The notes beneath the pieces were generated by a model that saw only the letters and a program-made list of their open reading frames with translations, did not search any database and had not been told where the DNA came from. A DNA stretch of 32,000 nt. It comes from Micromonas pusilla. Its lineage: Eukaryota. The position numbers and the translations under genes are program-made. This document shows positions 1 through 8,175 of the stretch, piece by piece. Positions within the stretch are counted from its first letter, which is position 1. Each line of letters starts with the position of its first letter. The stretch covers positions 1,244,056 to 1,276,055 of the forward strand of contig GG663738.1 in assembly GCA_000151265.1 (NCBI GenBank). Direction: 5' to 3'.

Positions 1-2
1 GA

Positions 3-143
3 TACAGCACGGAGCTGCGGAGCATGACGCAAGGGAAAGGGGAGTTCACGATGGAGTACACGGGGCACGCGACGGTGACGCGGGACGTGCAGGAGGAGCT
101 CATGGCCGAGTACGGGAAGACGCGGAAACAGGCGAAAGACTGA
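3..143 (+). CDS. GFM1: Elongation factor G, mitochondrial type, last 46 codons (5' part lies outside the window)
   Basis: Frame 3 reads [46 protein letters not shown], then TGA at 141-143. The YSTxLRSxTxGKGExTMEY block is the conserved extreme C-terminus of EF-G/mtEF-G1. It is absent from the ORF track because no start codon lies in the window. Confidence 0.75.
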   Translation, partial: YSTELRSMTQGKGEFTMEYTGHATVTRDVQEELMAEYGKTRKQAKD

Positions 144-293
144 TCTGTCATCGCATCGGGCGGGAGTAACTTGGTACTGTAACTACAGTACTACTAACGC
201 GCCGCGCCCAAACTATTTTTTTTAACTTTCGACGACGAAAGGCTACAGTAATAATAACGAATACGATACGATATATACCACCGACGCGATCGA

Positions 294-1202
294 TCACCGC
301 GCGACCGGCGCGGGCGCGACGACGTCGTAGTGCGCCTCCAACAGCGGCGCGATCTCGTCCAACGACCTGACGATGTGCGTCGGAATCATCTCCCCCTCCA
401 AAATCGCTGAGACTTGCCGGCCGTTATCCGACCGCGTCTCGTCCTCCTCCTCGCCGCCGCCGCAGCCGTCGCCGTCCTCCCCCCCGGTCCCGGTCCCGGT
501 CCCGGTCCCCGTCGCCACGCTCCACTTCCCCGCGGTGTCCAACAGCACCGTGATCGCCCCCGCGCGGTTCCCGCTCACGACGTCGTCCTTCGCGCTGTCC
601 CCGACCATGACGATCTCGCTCGGGTGGACGTCCCACGCCGCGCTGATGTGCAGCAACGCGTCCGGCGCGGGCTTGTACGGCCTGAAGTCCCTCGCGAGCG
701 CGGGGGCGAACGGCGCGAGGTTCCACGCGTGCGCGTGGAAGTGCGCGACGGAGCTCTGCACGTTCCTGGTGACCAACCCGCGCGGGATCCCGCGCGCGTC
801 GAAGAACGCCGCGAGCTCCTCCGCGCCCGGCATGCGTTTCATCGTCCGCAGCGCCTCCTGTTCCATCTCGTGGATGATCGCGTTCGCCCTCGCGCGTCGG
901 TCCTCGGGCCACGCGTCGATCTCGGATAGGATGTCCTTCGTCTCGCACCCGACGCGGCGGTACATCTCCTGGAAGTCCAGGTTCGGGACGGTCAGCGTGC
1001 CGTCCATGTCGAACACGGCGCCGACGAGGCGACGTCGAGCAGCGCGCTGCGGCCCGTCGGGTGCCAACGCGCGCGGGTCCGGGCCCGCCATCGCGACGCG
1101 CGACGCTCTTCGCGCGGAGGAGGCGACGCCGCGCGTTACGGCGGAGACGCGGGAGGTTCGGGCGACGAGTCTCTGGAGCGCGAACGAGACCCCGACGCTC
1201 AT
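294..1202 (-). CDS. HAD-superfamily (IA-like) hydrolase/phosphatase with N-terminal targeting-like extension
   Basis: ORF 294..1334. HAD motifs appear in order: VFDMDGTLT (DxDGT), LVTRN, YKPAPD, MVGDSAKDD. The start is either ATG 1202 (MSVGVSFALQRL..., transit-peptide-like) or the upstream in-frame ATG at 1334. Confidence 0.75.
   Translation of the reverse strand: MSVGVSFALQRLVARTSRVSAVTRGVASSARRASRVAMAGPDPRALAPDGPQRAARRRLVGAVFDMDGTLTVPNLDFQEMYRRVGCETKDILSEIDAWPEDRRARANAIIHEMEQEALRTMKRMPGAEELAAFFDARGIPRGLVTRNVQSSVAHFHAHAWNLAPFAPALARDFRPYKPAPDALLHISAAWDVHPSEIVMVGDSAKDDVVSGNRAGAITVLLDTAGKWSVATGTGTGTGTGGEDGDGCGGGEEEDETRSDNGRQVSAILEGEMIPTHIVRSLDEIAPLLEAHYDVVAPAPVAR
486..509. repeat. (GGTCCC)4 hexanucleotide microsatellite inside the HAD CDS
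   Basis: Four perfect GGTCCC units are read directly from the sequence. They encode the TGTGTGTG run in an acidic/Gly-rich insertion of the HAD protein on the minus strand. Confidence 0.9.
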
Positions 1203-1598
1203 GTGACGAGGACGCGCGTCTCGAGGACTGCGGCGACGTGGCGTCAGGCGGTGGTTTAGTATCGGCCAGCCGCGGCCGCCAGACGCCAGAAAATCTTCGC
1301 TCGACGAGAGCCGCCAGTTTCGCGAGACCGCCATTCACGCGCGCACGCACGAACGCCGGCTCACATCGCCCGTTCACGCACACGAGGAGCTTCCCGCCCT
1401 CATGTAAGAGACTTTGATCTCTTTTGCTGGTTTAGGAAGTCGATTTCCTACTCTCTCGCGCGACGCACCCGCGACCGCAAATCGCAACGACCCCGCTCGT
1501 TTTATGTGCAGGAGCCCTCCTCGGCGCTCGTGAACGCTTACGACGACGTCGTGCACATCATCGCCTTACACCATCCCCGAGCAATACTCTCGTGAACG
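1203..1598. promoter_or_regulatory. Divergent intergenic region (HAD gene / eIF5), presumed bidirectional promoter
   Basis: Head-to-head gene starts flank this region. No specific promoter element was recognised. This call is positional inference only. Confidence 0.3.
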
Positions 1599-3176
1599 AT
1601 GAGTATCGTCAACATCGGCGCCGCGAACGGTGCGTCTCCTCGCTCGATTCCTCCCCCTCGCGCCTGGGGTTTACCCTCGCTCGGGCGAAAGAAATATCAG
1701 ATCCTCCTCCTCGCCGCGGCGATCGCGAGCGCGCGAGATCTCGCGCGCTTCCCCGCGTCTCCACCGCGCGCGAGCTGACGATTTCCCACCTCCATCTCGC
1801 GCGTTCCCCCCGCAGCCGGCGACTCTTTCTACCGGTACAAGATGCCCGCGATCCAGAGCAAGATCGAAGGCCGCGGGAACGGGATCAAGACCAACGTCGT
1901 GAACATGGTGGACGTCGCGAAGGCGCTCGCGAGGCCGCCCGCGTACACGACGAAATATTTCGGCTGCGAGCTCGGCGCGCAGACCAATTGGAACGACAAG
2001 ACCGGCACCGCGATCGTGAACGGCGCGCACGACGCCGCTAAGCTCGCGGACGTTCTCGAGGGCTTCATCAAGAGGTTCGTGCAGTGCTTCTCGTGCGGCA
2101 ACCCGGAGACGGTGGTGAACGTCTCGAAGAGGGACACGATTCACCTCAAGTGCAAGGCGTGCGGCGCCGTGAGCGACGTGGACATGCGGCACAAGCTCAC
2201 GACGTTCATCCTGAAGAACCCGCCGGAGAAGAAGTCGGACAAGAAGGATAAGCAGCTTCGCCGCGCGGAGATGGAGCGCGAGCAAGAGGGCGCCGCGCTC
2301 GACAAGGCTGCGGAGGAGGAGAAGAAGCGCCGGAAAGCGGAGAAGAAGGACAAGAAGGAAAAGAAGGACAAGAAGGAGAAAAAGTCCAAGAGCAAAAAGT
2401 CCAAGGACGACGACGACGACGACAAACCCGCCGGCGGTTCCCCCGAGCGCGACTCCGCGTCCGAGCCGGAGCCGGAGTCCGACGAAGACGACGACGACGA
2501 CGACACGGTGTGGGCGACGGACACTTCCGCGGCGGCGATGGCGGCGCGCGCGAAGGAGCAGCTCACCGACGCCTCCGCCGCGATGGTCGAAGTCGCCACG
2601 GAGGAGCTCGAGAAGAAGGCGTCCTTGGAGGCGAAGAGGCTCGCGGAGGAAGCCGCCGCCGCGGAGGCGGCGGCAGCTGAGTCTTCTGAGGAGGAAGAGG
2701 ACGAGCGCATCGCGAAAGTGAGGGCGTACGCGGCGAAGCACGACGACGCGGAGACGGCGGCGTATCTCGTCTCGGACGCGCTCGGCGCGGACAGCCCCGC
2801 GCTCGGGATTCACTTCCTCGTGGAGGCGATCTTCGACGACGAGAAGCCGCTCGCGCCGCAAGTCAAGGCGAAGATTGGTCTCCTGAAGAAGGCGTGCGCG
2901 GCGGACGCGCCCGCGTTGCAGCTCGCGCTTCTCTGCGCGATCGAACTGTACGTCACGGAGACGGCGACGACGGAGTTTAAGAAGATCGCCGTCGTCCTGA
3001 AGGAGCTCTACGACGGCGACGCCGCGGAGGAGGACGTCATCCTGAAGTGGGGCGCCGACCCCAAGTCCGCGAAGAAGTTTGGCGTCGATTCGAAGACCGC
3101 GGAGGCGGTGCGTAAGCAAGCCGCGCCGTTCCTCGAGTGGCTGCAGCAGTCGGACGAGGACTCAGACTCGGACTGA
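1599..3176 (+). CDS. EIF5: Translation initiation factor eIF5, two exons: 1599..1629 and 1816..3176
   Basis: Exon 2 (ORF 1842..3176) carries [41 protein letters not shown], a CxxC...CxxC zinc-binding region and a C-terminal W2-like acidic domain. Splicing ATG 1599 ([10 protein letters not shown]) to 1816 yields ...[29 protein letters not shown], restoring the conserved eIF5 N-terminus (NIG...D.FYRYKMP). The total of 1392 nt is in frame. Confidence 0.9.
1630..1815 (+). other. Spliceosomal intron (186 nt) of eIF5
   Basis: Donor is GTGCGT at 1630. A CTGAC box lies about 36 nt before the acceptor ...CCCCGCAG, which ends at 1815. Removal joins a conserved N-terminal motif in frame. Confidence 0.8.
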
Positions 3177-3273
3177 GCGACGGGCTGAGGTTGACGAAAT
3201 CGCCGACCCGCCAGTCGCGGCCGCCGCCGCCGCGCGCGCGACCGCGGCCGCCTGCTTTTCTTTTCGTTTCCCA

Positions 3274-3357
3274 GAGCGCGAGCGCGCGCGCATTCATTTC
3301 AACTCGGCGTCGGTGGAGCGCGAGCGCGCGCGCATTCATTTCAACTCGGCGTCGGTG
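3274..3357. repeat. Perfect 42-bp tandem duplication (2 copies) in the eIF5/DPCK convergent spacer
   Basis: The unit GAGCGCGAGCGCGCGCGCATTCATTTCAACTCGGCGTCGGTG occurs at 3274..3315 and again at 3316..3357 with no mismatch. Confidence 0.95.
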
Positions 3358-3434
3358 GGGCTATTCCTATCGCGCCCTGTGTAGTAGCTATTCAATATCA
3401 ACACGAGAGCAAGTCCGTTTCGTCGTCAGTCGCG

Positions 3435-4220
3435 TCACCTCTTCGTCTTCCTCGTCGCGATCTCGCCGCTCGTCAACGCGTCGACCGCCTTCCTCACCGC
3501 GGCTTTCGTCTCCTCCAACGCGCACCCGGTGTCGATCACCACGTCCGCGCGTCTCCGTTTTTCCTCGTCCGGGACCTGCCGCGCGAGGATGCTCTCGAAC
3601 TTCTCCGGCGTCATCCCCGGCCGCGCGAGCACGCGCGCGCGTTGCGCCTCCGCGTCCGCGCTGACGACCATCACGACGTCGACGGATCCCTCGTAGCCTT
3701 TCTCGTACAACAGCGGGATGTCGAACGCGACGAGCTTCTGGCCTTCCTCCTCCGCGGCGCGAAGGAAGCGCGCGCGCTCCGCGTCCACGAGCGGGTGCAC
3801 GAGCGCCTCGAGCTTGACCATCGCGTCGTCGTCGCCGAGCACGAGCGCGCCGAGTTTTTTGCGATCGATCCCGCCGTCCGCGCCCTTCGCGCCGGGGAAC
3901 AGCTCGTCGATGGGCTCGACCGCGGCGCCGCTCGGGGCGTACATCTCGTGCACGACCGCGTCCGAGTCCATGACCGGGATCCCCATGTCCGTCAGCGCTC
4001 GAGACACCGTGCTCTTTCCCATCCCGATGGACCCGGTCAGGCCGAGGAGGATCATGTCTCGTCGTCGTCCGTCCTCCTCCGACGCGGAAGACGCGGAGGA
4101 CGCGGAGGACGCGGACGCGGCGAAGGCGAAGGCGCGGGGGACGCGACGACGCCGCGCGCGCGCGCCGTGAGATGCGAGGGCGAGGGACGGACGCGACGCT
4201 GAAAACGCCCCGACGCTCAT
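3435..4220 (-). CDS. COAE: Dephospho-CoA kinase (CoaE) with N-terminal Ser/Ala-rich targeting-like extension
   Basis: ORF with a true ATG at 4220. It shows the P-loop [15 protein letters not shown], followed by [16 protein letters not shown] and DIPLLYEKG, as in CoaE-family kinases. Confidence 0.88.
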   Translation of the reverse strand: MSVGAFSASRPSLALASHGARARRRRVPRAFAFAASASSASSASSASEEDGRRRDMILLGLTGSIGMGKSTVSRALTDMGIPVMDSDAVVHEMYAPSGAAVEPIDELFPGAKGADGGIDRKKLGALVLGDDDAMVKLEALVHPLVDAERARFLRAAEEEGQKLVAFDIPLLYEKGYEGSVDVVMVVSADAEAQRARVLARPGMTPEKFESILARQVPDEEKRRRADVVIDTGCALEETKAAVRKAVDALTSGEIATRKTKR

Positions 4221-4391
4221 GGGACGGCGCCCCCTCGCCGGAGTTGTGGGAGGCGAGCGGGCGGACGCGCGCGTAAGTTCGTTCCGGCCGGCGCTTTCGC
4301 TTTCGTGTCGGCGTTTGGATAGACGTCGATCGCGTCGTCAGTCGACGTCGAGCGCGCGCCGCCGCGTCGGACCCGCGTCGTCGTCCGCATC
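4221..4391. promoter_or_regulatory. Divergent intergenic region (DPCK / PDZ protein), presumed bidirectional promoter
   Basis: Head-to-head starts lie 171 bp apart. This call is positional inference only. Confidence 0.3.
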
Positions 4392-5012
4392 ATGCGCGCG
4401 CTCCTCGCCACTCCCGCGGCGCCTCTGCGTCTCCGCGCCGCCGGCCGCGCGTCCGCCCATCGCCGCGCGTCGCGCCACGTCGTCCGCGCGGCGAACGCGG
4501 ACGGATACACCGGAGGCGGCATCGCGCTCGCGGAGGACGGCCGCCGCGCGCGATCCTCCGGCGGCTTCGAGCAAGACTTCGAGATCGCCCTCGGCGGGGA
4601 GACGCCCGCGCCGGTGACCGCGAAGTTCGAGCCGGGGAGCGAGGCGGTCATCGTCACGATCCCGCGCCCGCTCGGGATCGCGTTCGAGGAGAAGACCGTC
4701 GGCATCTACACGCAGATCGTCGTCGACGAGGTCGTCGAGGGGTCGAACGCCGCGAAGGCGGACGTGAAGGTTGGCGACATCTTGCGGATAACCACCGCGG
4801 TGTTCAACGTCCCGGGCGTGATCGACGTCACCGCGTGGTTGAACCCGCCGAAGAGCACGAACTGCAAGGCGTTCTACGTGTGCGATCAGAAGCCGTTCGA
4901 CAAAGTCATGGACGCCATCAAGTCGCACGCCGTGCCGGTGGACACCCCGGACGGGCCGGTCGAGATCATGGAGGTCGGGCTCGTGTTAGAGCGCCCGGCG
5001 AGCGCGGCGTGA
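4392..5012 (+). CDS. Small PDZ-like domain protein with basic, Ala/Arg-rich transit-peptide-like N-terminus
   Basis: ORF with ATG at 4392 and GC3-rich codon usage. The segment VVDEVVEGSNAAKADVKVGDILRITTAV resembles a PDZ carboxylate-binding/beta-strand region. The family call is weak. Confidence 0.55.
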   Translation: MRALLATPAAPLRLRAAGRASAHRRASRHVVRAANADGYTGGGIALAEDGRRARSSGGFEQDFEIALGGETPAPVTAKFEPGSEAVIVTIPRPLGIAFEEKTVGIYTQIVVDEVVEGSNAAKADVKVGDILRITTAVFNVPGVIDVTAWLNPPKSTNCKAFYVCDQKPFDKVMDAIKSHAVPVDTPDGPVEIMEVGLVLERPASAA

Positions 5013-5068
5013 CGACGATCGCGAGAGACGAATGTCCTTAGGCTTTATTGAACAAACGCGCGAGCGAA

Positions 5069-6661
5069 CTAGAGATCGAACAGACGCATCTCCGCCATCG
5101 CCTCTCTCCTGTTGACGTTGTACCAGGCCACGAGCCTCGCGGCGCCGAGCGCGGGGGGCAACGGGCAATCCACGCCGTATATCAGCTCCGCGCCTTTCAT
5201 CTCGCCCTTGCACGCGGTCCACGCGGCGCCGAACCCGCCGGTCGCGCCGGTCGCTGCCGCGTCATCGCCCTCCGCGGCGACCTCGCCGCCGCCGCCGCCG
5301 CCGCCGCCGCCCTTGAACCCCGTCCACGCGCTCCCCATCGCCGCCCCTAACGCCTTCGGCGTGCACCTCACCTCCGCCCTGAGCTTCAGCGGCCCTAAGA
5401 GCTGCTGCGTCGCGCTCAGGGTCACGATCTCGGACTCGAGCGTCGCTTTCCCGCCGCGGCTGATCAACTTCTCCACCCACGACGTCTCGCCCTCGGGCTT
5501 CGCGTCCGCGAGCGGTCGGTGCGGCTGCATCGCCCCGGCGTCGTACCGAACGTCGATCGCGGTGTAGTCCAGCATCGGCCGCAAGTACGACCCCACGGAC
5601 GCGTGCAGCGTCCCGGACACGACGTGCCTGAGCTCGGTCTCGTTCTTCGTCCACCCCCCCGCGCTGTCCACCAGCGGCATCCTCGCGAGCGCGCCCACGA
5701 GGCCGCCGATCGTGACGTTCGGCCGCTGCGGCAGCGCGGCGTACCCGCCCGGGCGCTTCCCCGGCGGCGGCGCGCGCCTTTCGCCGCGCCACAGCGTCGC
5801 CTGCTGCTCGATCGAGACCCCCGCGAGGGCTTCGCGACGAGGCGGCGGCCGCGCGCCGCCGCCGGGCGCTCGCTCAAACTCCGGCAACGTCTCGTCCAGC
5901 CACTGACGCACGCCGAACCTGTAGTTCAGGAACTGCGGCCCCCTCGACGCGATCGTCACGCTCGCGTGCGATGGACCGTCTTCGTACCCCTCCGAAGTCT
6001 GGTACCGCTCGCGGTGCGACAGGTCCGCGTGCGCGACGTGCCACGGGAAGAATTTCGATTGGAGCGCGACGCGTCCGCGAGGGATCTCGTCGCTGCTCAG
6101 CGCCGGCGCGGGCGCGGGCGCGTTCGACGCCGCGGCGGCGTTCGGATCTCGCGAGCGCATGAACTTCCTGCGGAGTTCGTTCAGACCGCGCAGAGAACCG
6201 AGCTCGCCGAACGCTTTCAGCGCCGTGGACCGTCCAACGCCGGCGCGGAATCGCCCCGACAACGCGTACATGGAAGGATCGGAGAGCACCTGGTGGGGCT
6301 TCCCCTCGCTGAACTGCTGCGTGTTCCACGCCCGCTGCGCGCGCAGACGGAGCGTGAACGTGTTCCACCACGACCGTCCCCCGAAGTTCGCGACGACGCG
6401 GTCGAGGACGAGGCCGTCGCCGACGCCCTTGCTGTCGTCGTAGGACGGCGTCGCGGGGATGTTTAAGAATCGCTGCATCATGTACAGCTGTTGCGACCGC
6501 GCGAGACCGGAGGGGAGGCCGAGCGTGAACGGCGGCGCGGAGGACTGGTGCACGCGGACGTGGCCCTCGAGCGCGGACGCGCACTCGGTCTCTTGGTCGC
6601 CGAAGATGGTCGTGAACGACGCCTTCGTGGCCTCCATCGATCGCTGCGTGAGCGGCGCCAT
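5069..6661 (-). CDS. TGD4: TGD4-like (chloroplast outer-envelope lipid-transfer beta-barrel) protein
   Basis: A 530-aa ORF with a true ATG at 6661. I recall the plant TGD4 layout as LGL..G..LSR....RF...P..PS near the N-terminus, a LYAL block mid-protein, and a C-terminal ...N.EFMVELRFFET. This protein has NRREAMAEMRLFDL at its C-terminus. The call is by recollection only. Confidence 0.55.
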   Translation of the reverse strand: MAPLTQRSMEATKASFTTIFGDQETECASALEGHVRVHQSSAPPFTLGLPSGLARSQQLYMMQRFLNIPATPSYDDSKGVGDGLVLDRVVANFGGRSWWNTFTLRLRAQRAWNTQQFSEGKPHQVLSDPSMYALSGRFRAGVGRSTALKAFGELGSLRGLNELRRKFMRSRDPNAAAASNAPAPAPALSSDEIPRGRVALQSKFFPWHVAHADLSHRERYQTSEGYEDGPSHASVTIASRGPQFLNYRFGVRQWLDETLPEFERAPGGGARPPPRREALAGVSIEQQATLWRGERRAPPPGKRPGGYAALPQRPNVTIGGLVGALARMPLVDSAGGWTKNETELRHVVSGTLHASVGSYLRPMLDYTAIDVRYDAGAMQPHRPLADAKPEGETSWVEKLISRGGKATLESEIVTLSATQQLLGPLKLRAEVRCTPKALGAAMGSAWTGFKGGGGGGGGGEVAAEGDDAAATGATGGFGAAWTACKGEMKGAELIYGVDCPLPPALGAARLVAWYNVNRREAMAEMRLFDL

Positions 6662-7066
6662 CTTCCGTCTCTGATTTAATTAATCGCCGAGCGCGTTCAC
6701 CGCCGCGCGTCGATCGAGCGTTCGATCGCGCCGCGGATCGCCCGCGCGTCGTCCGCGCCGGGGGTTTACCTCGCGCGGGCGCCCTCGAGGCTGGCCGGGC
6801 GTCGGAAGACGCGCGTCGATCGCGGAGCGTGCGCCGCGGTGACTGCCCGCCGAGATCGATCAGGGGCGCGCTCTTATCGCTCCTGCAAGGCTTTCCGGCG
6901 GTCGCGGTCGGCGACGACGCGACGCGACGACTCAGGGGCGGTTTCGGAGCGGTGACGCGTCGACGCCGGCGCCACAACGCCCTCGCGCGAACGCCACGCA
7001 GCGGCGCACGACACGACCGCCGAGACCGTATTCGACGCGCGCGCGCGTCCACGAACGCGGAGGACG
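6662..7066. promoter_or_regulatory. Divergent intergenic region (TGD4-like / pentapeptide-repeat gene)
   Basis: Head-to-head starts lie 405 bp apart. This call is positional inference only. Confidence 0.3.
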
Positions 7067-7873
7067 ATGACCATCGCGGCGCTCGGACGCCAGCTCGCGT
7101 CGCCGCGCGTCGTGGCTCGACGTCGGCAGCCGGCGAAAACGACGACGACGACGACGACGAAGACGAAGACGAAGACGCGATCGTTCGCGGCGACGACGAC
7201 GCGCGCCTCCTCCTCCTCCTCATCCTCCTCCTCCGACGCCGCCGCGCGCGCGCCATTCGCGACGACGTGCGCCTCCGCCGCGCTCGCGACGGCGGCGGCG
7301 CTGACGCTCGCGCTGTCCACCCCGGACGCGTCGATCGCGGGCACGCCCAAGGGCCAGGGCGTCGCGAGCGGCGACGCGTACGGAAGAACCGACGTCGACC
7401 GGTGCAGCAGGGAAGCGCTGAAGAAGGCGGCGAACACGCGCGCGGCGTTCTCCGACTTCGCGACGCAGCAGAACGAGGAGCTGTACGTCAACGTCGAGGG
7501 GTGCGACTACAGCAACATGGACCTCTCCGACGAGGTCCTCAGCGGCGTCAAGGCGAGAGGCGCCAACTTCGAGAACTCCATATTCGGCGCCGAGTCCTCG
7601 CGCGCGGACTTCAGCGACGCCAACTTGCGAGGCGCGGTGATCAGGAGCGTGAACTTGTACAACACGATATTCGCGGGCGCGGACTTGGAGGGCGCGGACC
7701 TGTCCGGGTCGCTCGCGCCGGGGGCGTTTTTCGGGAGGGACGAGCAGACGGGGAAAAAGGCCAACCTGAAGGACGTCAACTTCGAGGACACGCTGCTGTC
7801 GTCGAGCGACGTGCGGACGATATGCGCGAACTCGTCGTTGACGTTCGAGTCGAAGATGAGCCTGGGGTGCTGA
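7067..7873 (+). CDS. Thylakoid-lumen-type pentapeptide-repeat protein with bipartite-looking transit peptide
   Basis: ATG at 7067. The N-terminus is Thr/Ser/Lys-rich, followed by a hydrophobic stretch ending ...ALSTPDASIA (AxA-like). The C-terminal half is built of A(D/N)LxG-type pentapeptide repeats (ANFENSIFGAESSRADFSDANLRGAVIRSVNLYNTIFAGADLEGADLSGS). Confidence 0.8.
   Translation: MTIAALGRQLASPRVVARRRQPAKTTTTTTTKTKTKTRSFAATTTRASSSSSSSSSDAAARAPFATTCASAALATAAALTLALSTPDASIAGTPKGQGVASGDAYGRTDVDRCSREALKKAANTRAAFSDFATQQNEELYVNVEGCDYSNMDLSDEVLSGVKARGANFENSIFGAESSRADFSDANLRGAVIRSVNLYNTIFAGADLEGADLSGSLAPGAFFGRDEQTGKKANLKDVNFEDTLLSSSDVRTICANSSLTFESKMSLGC
7139..7159 (+). repeat. (ACG)7 microsatellite encoding poly-Thr in the pentapeptide-repeat protein presequence
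   Basis: Seven in-frame ACG codons are followed by (AAG ACG)3, giving TTTTTTTKTKTKT. Confidence 0.9.
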
Positions 7874-8175
7874 TCGGACGTCGTCGAGGGTCGGGAGGGG
7901 GGGGGTGTTGTAGCGTTGTACGTGCGTCGAGATACCGACTCGAACAGTAAGCTCGCGGGTGAAAGCATTTTCGCGCTTTCAAACACACCGATGAATTGAC
8001 CGGACAAATCGTCCCGAACGCAAAACGGACAAAACGCCCCGAGATCTGGGAACGTCTCGTCACTCGCCACGCGCGCGACGACGGCGCGTCCTCTTCCTCC
8101 TCCTCCTCCGCGGCCTCGTCGCGAAGTGCTCGCGTACCCCGCGATCGACGCGACGTGAAGTCGTCTCCAAGGCGG

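Noticed and set aside
144-293. TGTAA (green-algal type) or AATAAA as a general poly(A) signal in the 3' spacers
   Set aside because: Isolated matches exist: TGTAA at about 178 on the plus strand, TGTAA on the minus strand at 31585..31589, and AATAAA on the minus strand at 5044..5049. Several other 3' regions lack either motif, so I cannot support a consistent signal from this window alone.
1671-3119. 482-aa ORF antisense to eIF5
   Set aside because: Its translation is an Arg/Leu/Gly/Val-rich low-complexity string, typical of open antisense frames in GC3-rich genes. The opposite strand encodes an unmistakable eIF5.
5874-7256. 460-aa minus-strand ORF, plus ORFs 5519..6466 (+) and 6829..7950 (+)
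   Set aside because: These are Arg/Ala/Pro-rich with no motifs. They overlap the well-supported TGD4-like and pentapeptide-repeat genes in other frames and span the divergent promoter region. They are GC-driven spurious ORFs.
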